NCBI GenBank assembly: GCA_002269645.1
Contig: NIVC01001875.1
Coordinates: 1 to 42,055 of the forward strand
Direction: 5' to 3'
Source of the DNA: Macrostomum lignano
Taxonomy: Eukaryota
Length of the DNA: 42,055 nucleotides
Below are positions 35,072 to 42,055 of the stretch, piece by piece. Each line of letters starts with the position of its first letter. Positions within the stretch are counted from its first letter, which is position 1. The notes beneath the pieces are model-generated. The model saw only the letters and a program-made list of their open reading frames with translations. It was not told the origin of the DNA and did no database searches. Both the position numbers and the translations under genes were made by a program.

Positions 35072-36717
35072 CTATTTGTGCACGATGCAGTTCTTCAGCA
35101 GAGCCTGTCGTTGCTGCTTCTCCTTCCGGCGTCGTTCGCGACGCTGCTTTCGCTTGTTGCGCCGTCTCTTACGGCCACCACCTCGACGACGGCCTTTCCT
35201 TTTCTCGTCATCATTGTCGACAACCGGAGCGTCGCCTTGCATTTTATCTTTGCTGGCTGGTTGTGAGCTGAATTCGATCTGGAATTCGATTGAAGTGGTG
35301 CAGATTTGAGTCAGTTGGCGAGCGGCTACTGGTATGAGCTTAGGATCTAGGAGGTCAGGTGGTGACGCTGACGCAGCAACTGAGACTCTGGGAGGCTGGA
35401 CCAGCAACTGACACTCTGGGAGGCTGGCCCAGCAACTGACACTCTGAGAGGCTGGCCCAGCAACTGACACTCTGGGAGGCTGGACCAGCAACTGACACTC
35501 TGGGAGGCTGGACCAGCAACTGACACTCTGGGAGGCTGGACCAGCAACTGACACTCTGGGAGGCTGGCCCAGCAGCTAAGGATCTGAGAGGCTGACCCAG
35601 CAACCGAGAATCTGGGAGGCTGGCCCAGCAACTGAGGATCTGAGAGGCTGGCCCAGCAGCTGAGGATCTGGGAGGCTGGCCCAGCAACTGACACTCTGGG
35701 AGGCTGGACCAGCAACTGACACTCTGGGAGGCTGGACCAGCAACTGACACTCTGGGAGGCTGGCCCAGCAGCTGAGGATCTGAGAGGCTGGCCCAGCAAC
35801 CGAGAATCTGGGAGGCTGGCTCAGCAACTGAGGATCTGAGAGGTTGGCCCAGCAACTGACACTCTGGGAGGCTGGCCCAGCAACTGAGAATCTGAGAGGC
35901 TGGCCCAGCAGCTGAGGATCTGAGAGGCTGGCCCAGCAGCTGAGGATCTGGGAGGCTGGGAAGTTGAGGGGCTGGCGTTATAATCTCGTTATATCCGAGA
36001 CCGTTACTAATGTCCCCGCTATGAGAAACGAGCACAATTGAGCTACAAATGCTTACACCAAGGCTTTTTGCTTGCTGCAGAAACGACAGCATGCACTGCC
36101 GGATGCAATCGTGACAGTACTCCTAAAATATCCAATCGAAGAGTGAAGTTTGGTAATATTGCATATCAGGAACATCTTAGACTAGTTATAAATTTAAGTA
36201 CGCATTGGGTCTCGCACCATCATTACCTTCTTATCCGTGTAGATGTACACCAGGCGGTCGCATTTGGCTATGCATTCCCGACGACATTCCAGGAAAGCGC
36301 GAAGCTTATCTGCAATACAATTTTAAAAATATATTTTTAGGTGTGCTCAAATTACGAGCTGCATAATCGCAAATTTGCATCAATCAAGTAGAGAAAAGAT
36401 TTGTGATAAACGATATTGTGTTTTCCAGCTGAGTGGCAGATTGAATTATTCAATCAACAACAAACATCAAAAGCACACAATTAATTGAATGCTAAAAAAG
36501 TCTACCAACCGCTCTGGGAGATGCTGTCAGGCAGAAACTTCGCCACCACCGGCTCATGATGAATGCCCCGATGGTTGCCAGCTAGTGAAGTTGTCGGAGG
36601 CTGGTCAACTGCTGGCTTAGTTGAGTCGTACTTCGAGTCGGCATAGATTCCCATCGGTGAGACTGGCTCCAGCATTAATAAGCCACTCGCTAGCAAAAGT
36701 GTCAGAGTTAACAGCAT
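35072..36717 (-). CDS. Uncharacterised secreted ~187-aa protein: signal peptide, six-Cys module, Lys/Arg-rich tail
   Basis: Phase-consistent exons 36717-36510, 36309-36227, 36122-36057 and 35278-35072. Sequence: MLLTLTLLLASGLLMLEPVSP...DKLRAFLECRRECIAKCDRLVYIYTDKK|EYCHDCIRQCMLSFLQQAKSLG|...KRKGRRRGGGRKRRRNKRKQRRERRRKEK. The last-exon choice is less certain. Confidence 0.65.
35375..35960. repeat. 28-bp minisatellite (ctgggaggctggcccagcaactgacact), intronic
   Basis: The 28-bp period is not a multiple of 3, so it is not coding. Confidence 0.95.
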
Positions 36718-36884
36718 CCTTTGATGGAGCACAAGATCGTGGCAAAAGTTGCAAATTGCTTCGCTGTAGAAATGCGAGATTGTATAAATTTGCATATTTA
36801 TTTGATAAATCAGGACAGGAGTTGATTTCTAATTCCCCCATATAAGATTTTCTCAGGTAGCTAAAATTAATGATGGCTGAATCA

Positions 36885-37661
36885 TAGCTTTTTGCAGCCC
36901 TATTTGGGCTTACGCGCATTTAATTTAATCCAAGATATGTTTACCAGTGTAACAGAGCTTTTGTCTATGGTAGCGAGGCTGGCACAGCCCATTTAATTTG
37001 GTCCAGCAAGCATCAATTTGGTCCAAGTGCTCGTGAGCCATTCGGAAAATGCTTGCCTTTTCGCAACTGTCTGCAGGTTGTTGCGTACTGCTGGAATGTC
37101 AGCGGCTCTACCAACAATTTTCAGTTGCTTTTCCAGAGCTCTGCCGATAGTCGAAATCTGATAACCAACTGGAACTGTTCCTTCAACGTCTGCTGCATTT
37201 TCTGCACCGTCAACAAAGGGTTTCTCAATTACATCGAGTAGCAGTGGGGCCTGAGGCTCTTGAGCAACATGCCTTGGCGATTCCGCGATTGCCACCCTTT
37301 CGCAGGCGATCTCTGCCGCCAATGGTTTCAACGCGCTGATTGATGCTGTAAACCATATTTTTTTTATATTCAACAGCCTTACAATGTCCTTTGAGTGTTC
37401 ACCTCTGTCGAGTGCTTCGATCACAAGCCAATGGTTCGACAGCCTAGCATATGGTCCACAATTTGGGGGCTGATCTTGCTCCTCCTCCGCAGCAGTTGCA
37501 AATAAAGCTATGGACCAAATTGATGCTTGTTGGACCAAATTAAATGCCGCTGTGCCAGCCTTGCTACCATAGACAAAATTAGCTCCGTTACATTAAGCTC
37601 GTGGCAAACGTATCTTGGATAAATTCAATGCGCGTGAGCCCAAATAGGCTGCAAAAAGCTA
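36885..37661 (-). mobile_element. Decayed Tc1/mariner-like non-autonomous element with ~140-150-bp TIRs and a transposase N-terminal remnant
   Basis: 36885-37025 is the reverse complement of ~37511-37661, with TA at both outer ends. Internal VIEALDRGEHSKDIVRLLNI followed, after a frameshift in the A-run, by MVYSINQRVETIGGRDRLRKG resembles a Tc1-like paired HTH. Confidence 0.65.
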
Positions 37662-39620
37662 CATTAACTGTCAAAATTTGATGGATTTCTTTACCTAAAC
37701 ATTAAAGAGAGAGAGAGAGAGAGAGAAGAGAGGTCACGGCGTGTTAAATTATTTCATTGAAAGTAGGCTACCGGTTTCAAGCCTCTGGGCTCTTTGAGTA
37801 AAAAGGTAAAAAGGTTTGAGTAAAAAAACATTCATATTAATCCCCAGGACGAAAACATTTCAGGCATGGGCAGAAAGGTACTTACACAGCCACAGATCTG
37901 AAGATAGTAGTTAGTTGACAGCACTGAGAGACAATCAATTGACTACGTTGTAAACCGATATACAGGTTGAAAAAGAACCAAAAATGGGCACCTATATATG
38001 GAAAATATGGCAACCAATGATGGCTTAGCTATGCATACAGTATTAGTTGATATTCATCTCGTCATTGGCTGCACAAGTCGGATAGGGACACAGGACAGAA
38101 CTATTGCTCTGCAAAGAATAGAAAACAAATTAGACATGTGAGAATCCGATAAAAATTGGATAACACAGTCGCAGGAAACTTTCTCACCCACAGATGAAGA
38201 ATAAGAAGAGCATATGCCGAGCAGTGTCTGCTCAGTTTGAGCACTTGAACAATGCCCCATTGCCTAGCAAACTGACTACCTCAACACCGCGCTTTGACAG
38301 ACTCTACGCTCCTATAAAGTTGTCAGTCAGAGCGTGGGAGAGAATGAGGGGGGTCACAAGGGTTTATAGAGAGGCGGGGGTATTCTCTTTACCTTTACTA
38401 TGCACCTACCTGAGAGTTTTGCTGTCGTTTTGTCCACTACTTACTCGTTGCATTACATATGCCTGGGTATTCTTTTAATCTAATCTATAGCCATGGCGTG
38501 TATGGAGGTTGCACAGGTTCAATGGGATGACACTGCTAGCACTACTAATTAATACAGTGGAGAGAAAGTGTCAGGCGTGGCAACGCCTATGAACGGGTGC
38601 CATAGTTTATAGACTGGTTTTAGCTATTTCATTTATGTATAGCTAGAGCTAAATTTAGATTTGAAAAAACTTGGTCTACGCTTTTAATGAGCAGCAAATG
38701 GGTTTGCTTGAGTTGTTGAATGAGTGAGAAGAGATCCTTTTGTGAGAAGTTTAACTAACTATACAGTGTGTCATCTACACAGGTATAATGGGTGTGAAAC
38801 GCTTGCAAATTGAATTACGAGTAAATAGGCTTCCAAACTGTAATACCGACACATTTCGTTTGCTAATTTTCACAAACTAATCTATCTTCATAAAGTATGA
38901 ACTACAACAAAAATTCTTACTTTATCTTCTTTCATTAACGTGAAGGAAGCGAAGTGAGTAAAGAAAATTTTTTAGAATAACTAATCATTCTAGCACGCAC
39001 GTAACGTACACGTTAACAAGAAACGGCACATATAAACAAACAAATATTGTTATCAATCAACATTAAATATATACGCATAATAACTTTGTTAATATAACTC
39101 AAGTCGGCCACAGAATATCAACGTAAAATAAACAACTAGCCGCCTATCAATTAGACTCAGAGTAAACTGGCAGATATTCTCGCTTGTTTGAGAACAGATA
39201 AAGCTTCGAACTGCGTAGTTTACTTTCCATAATAGTTGCTACGCCCATATAATTAAATAAGTTTACGCTCATATTCTAAACTGTTGGTAATTTATTGAGC
39301 GACCACATCCTAACTATTCAAATCATAAAAAACTTTATAAAACTCGTTCAGCGTATCTAAAAAACTGAGTCATAGTTATGAGTCATAATTAAATTTAAAA
39401 AGTCGCATTCTTTTGATAATATAAAATTTACAGATGTTGTCTTTCAACATCGCCAACATACTTTATGGTTAATAAGTATGAATAAAATGTAGTTTTCTCA
39501 TTATTTATTTGATCAACAAAAGCAACACGTAAATAACATTGAAGCCTCATTCTCGTATTGTTTAGTGTTTTTGAGTCAACAATTAGACAATAATAAATAG
39601 AATATCGGCCCGAGGATGAG

Positions 39621-42055
39621 TTAGCTGGCGCTACTAAGCGCCATAGTCTCCCTAATCCAGCTAATGTAGCCGGTAATCCGCATGAAATTAGCCGGATAAA
39701 GCTCCGGATTAGCTCCAGTGGCCGCGGAGGAAGCTATGCCAGCCAGATAGGGTTGACCGTTGTGCTCACACCTGAGACCGCCGCCGCTGTCTCCCTGAAA
39801 AGACAATTGATTTGAGAAAATAAACATTTTAGTGTTGAAAGACCGATTCTGCACACAATTATAATAATGTCTTAGTCTTCTAGAATAGGTTTGTTGTTAG
39901 CTTTTTTCACTCTTCTGTGATATTCTACACGCTTCTACATCCTACATCTTTGCTATTTTGTTATACCCATCTGTTCTTTGTTATACCCTTCTGTTGTTTG
40001 CTATGCCCTTCTGTTGTTTGCTATACACTTCTGTTGTTTGCTATGCCCTTCTGTTGTTTGCTATACCCTTCTGTTGTTTGCTATACCCTTCTTTTGTTTG
40101 CTATACCCTTCTGTTGTTTGCTATGCCCTTCTGTTGTTTGCTATACACTTCTGTTGTTTGCTTTACCCTTCTGTTCTTTGCTATACCCTTCTGTTGTTTG
40201 TTATACCCTTCTGTTGTTTGCTATGCCCTTCTGTTGTTTGCTATACACTTCTGTTGTTTGCTTTACCCTTCTGTTGTTTGCTATACCCTTCTGTTGTTTG
40301 CTATACCCTTCTTTTGTTTGCTTTACCCTTCTGTTGTTTGTTATACCCTTCTGTTGTTTGTTATACCCTTCTGTTGTTTGTTATACCCTTCTGTTCTTTG
40401 CTATGCCCTTCTGTTGTTTACTATACACTTCTGTTGTTTGCTATACCCTTCTGTTGTTTGCTATGCCCTTCTGTTGTTTGCTATACACTTCTGTTGTTTG
40501 CTATACACTTCTGTTGTTTGTTATACCCTTCTGTTGTTTGTTATACCCTTCTGTTGTTTGCTATGCCCTTCTGTTGTTTGCTATGCCCTTCTGTTGTTTG
40601 CTATACACTTCTGTTGTTTGCTATACCCTTCTGTTGTTTGCTATGCCCTTCTATTGTTTGCTATACCCTTCTTTTGTTTGCTTTACCCTTCTGTTGTTTG
40701 TTATACCCTTCTGTTGTTTGTTATACCCTTCTGTTGTTTGTTATGCCCTTCTGTTCTTTGCTATGCCCTTCTGTTGTTTACTATACACTTCTGTTGTTTG
40801 CTATACCCTTCTGTTGTTTGTTATGCCCTTCTGTTGTTTGCTATACACTTCTGTTGTTTGTTATACCCTTCTGTTGTTTGTTATACCCTTCTGTTGTTTG
40901 TTATACCCTTCTGTTGTTTGTTATACCCTTCTGTTGTTTGCTATGTCCTTCTGTTGTTTGCTATACACTTCTGTTGTTTGCTATACCCTTCTGTTGTTTG
41001 CTATACCCTTCTGTTGTTTGCTATACTCTGCTGTTGTGTGCTATACCCTTCTGTTGTTTGCTATACTCTGCTGTTGTTTGCTATACTCTGCTGTTGTGTG
41101 CTATACCCTTCTGTTGTTTGCTATACTCTGCTGTTGTTTGCTATACTCTGCTGTTGTGTGCTATACCCTTCGATTCCTGGCTGTGTCATCGACTCGCGCA
41201 TCAAAGCGTGGATCAGGACCCAGCACCGCTCGACTTGGGCGAACTGCACTACCTGCAGGCAATCCAGAGGCGCTGTCCCTCAGCCCTCTCACCAGCTCCG
41301 GAAGCTCCTCTTGCGCCTCTCGCGCAGAGACATCCGGGCTGCCACCATGACCCTCTCTGGTCACGGCTGCTTCTCCAGGCACCAGTACCTGCAGGGCAAC
41401 GCCACCAACGCCACCTGTAGTTTCTGCAACTCAGGTGACGAAACCGCTGAGCATTTCGTCAGCATCTGTCCCGCCTTCACGCGGGCCAGACTCACTTACC
41501 TCGGGCCACACACATCTATTACTGAAGCGTGCAAACCCGAAAACTTTAATCAGCTCATGCGCTACCTTCGGGCCACCCGCAGGGCTGAACTCTCCTTTCC
41601 AGAGAGCACTATAGCTGCTGGCGACACTGGGGGACCTCCCTGGGCGGCGCCAACCCTCCGTCCATAGCGACGCGTCGGCCGTTCAGGGACTAGCGGAATG
41701 GGCGCCCGCGCCTTCCCGCTGTGTCCCCTCCGGGACAGCCCTGCAGCTAAGTCAAGTAAGTCAAAGCTATACCCTTCTGTTGTTTGCTACATCCTATGGT
41801 TTTTAAATACTCCACAAGGAGTCCACAAATAAATAAGTCCACAAGGAGTCGCTTCCATATTGCTATAGCTTCTTCTCACCGGACACACTGTCGTCCTATT
41901 GGCCTGAACGCACAAATTCTTTTGCCAAAGCGCCGAATCTCCTCCCTGAAAGACGCTGGTGCAATCGCCCAACGTTTAACAGTGAACTGCGCCATCAGTA
42001 GTTTCTCTCGAACGCTGCCCTTCGGACGAGTGCAGCCCCAGCCAGAGTAGTCACA
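39621..42055 (-). CDS. Trypsin-like (S1A) serine protease, last two exons (partial; 1-nt frameshift near 41975)
   Basis: Exon >42055-41880 reads CDYSGWGCT...LLMAQFTVK / LGDCTSVF...NLCVQANRTTVCP. It splices (gtgag...ttttcag, phase 0) to 39794-39621, GDSGGGLRCEHNGQPYLAGIASS..PANFMRITGYISWI*. The catalytic GDSGG motif is intact. Confidence 0.9.
39940..41171. repeat. 20-bp minisatellite (ctatacccttctgttgtttg) in the protease intron
   Basis: 20-bp period, stop-free on the + strand, which produces the 477, 569 and 480-aa pseudo-ORFs. Confidence 0.97.
41172..41765 (+). mobile_element. 5'-truncated non-LTR retrotransposon (LINE, probably I/R1/Loa group): ORF2 C-terminus and 3' end
   Basis: LSGHGCFSRHQYLQG..TCSFCNSGDETAEHFVSICPAF is the CX2C..H..C knuckle of LINE ORF2, with a stop at 41667. 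Short-repeat tail taagtcaagtaagtcaa. gctatacccttc lies on both sides (41160-41171, 41766-41777). Confidence 0.85.

Noticed and set aside
35355-36092. 245-aa ORF
   Set aside because: Only MLSFLQQAKSLG is exonic. The rest is intron and a 28-bp satellite that cannot hold a frame periodicity.
38485-38605. catggcgtg...tggcaacgcctatg resembling MITE ends
   Set aside because: Weak inverted match and no TSD.
39917-41667. 477, 569 and 480-aa Cys/Leu-rich ORFs
   Set aside because: They read through a stop-free 20-bp satellite. Only the last ~165 codons of the 569-aa frame (LINE fragment) are real coding sequence.

Overview
AT-rich, intron-containing animal (invertebrate-like) genomic DNA, not prokaryotic. 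I can build five spliced gene models by hand. (1) A minus-strand exon of a DUF2064/TIGR04282 (CofC-like) transferase that continues beyond the left edge. (2) A 12-exon, ~991-aa C2CD2L/TMEM24-type ER-anchored SMP+C2 lipid-transfer protein. (3) A 221-aa protein ending in an SVBP (small vasohibin-binding protein)-like helix. (4) A convergent, apparently uncharacterised ~187-aa secreted protein with six cysteines and a very basic tail. (5) The last two exons of a trypsin-like serine protease with a 1-nt frameshift. Most large introns carry their own minisatellite (16-50 bp units), several with higher-order structure. Mobile elements include hAT-type MITEs with 8-bp TSDs, a 43-bp mini-element whose empty site survives in a paralogous repeat, a decayed Tc1/mariner-like element and a 5'-truncated LINE. 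Most long ORFs in the supplied track are satellite artefacts. All family calls come from motif recognition by eye; no searches were run.
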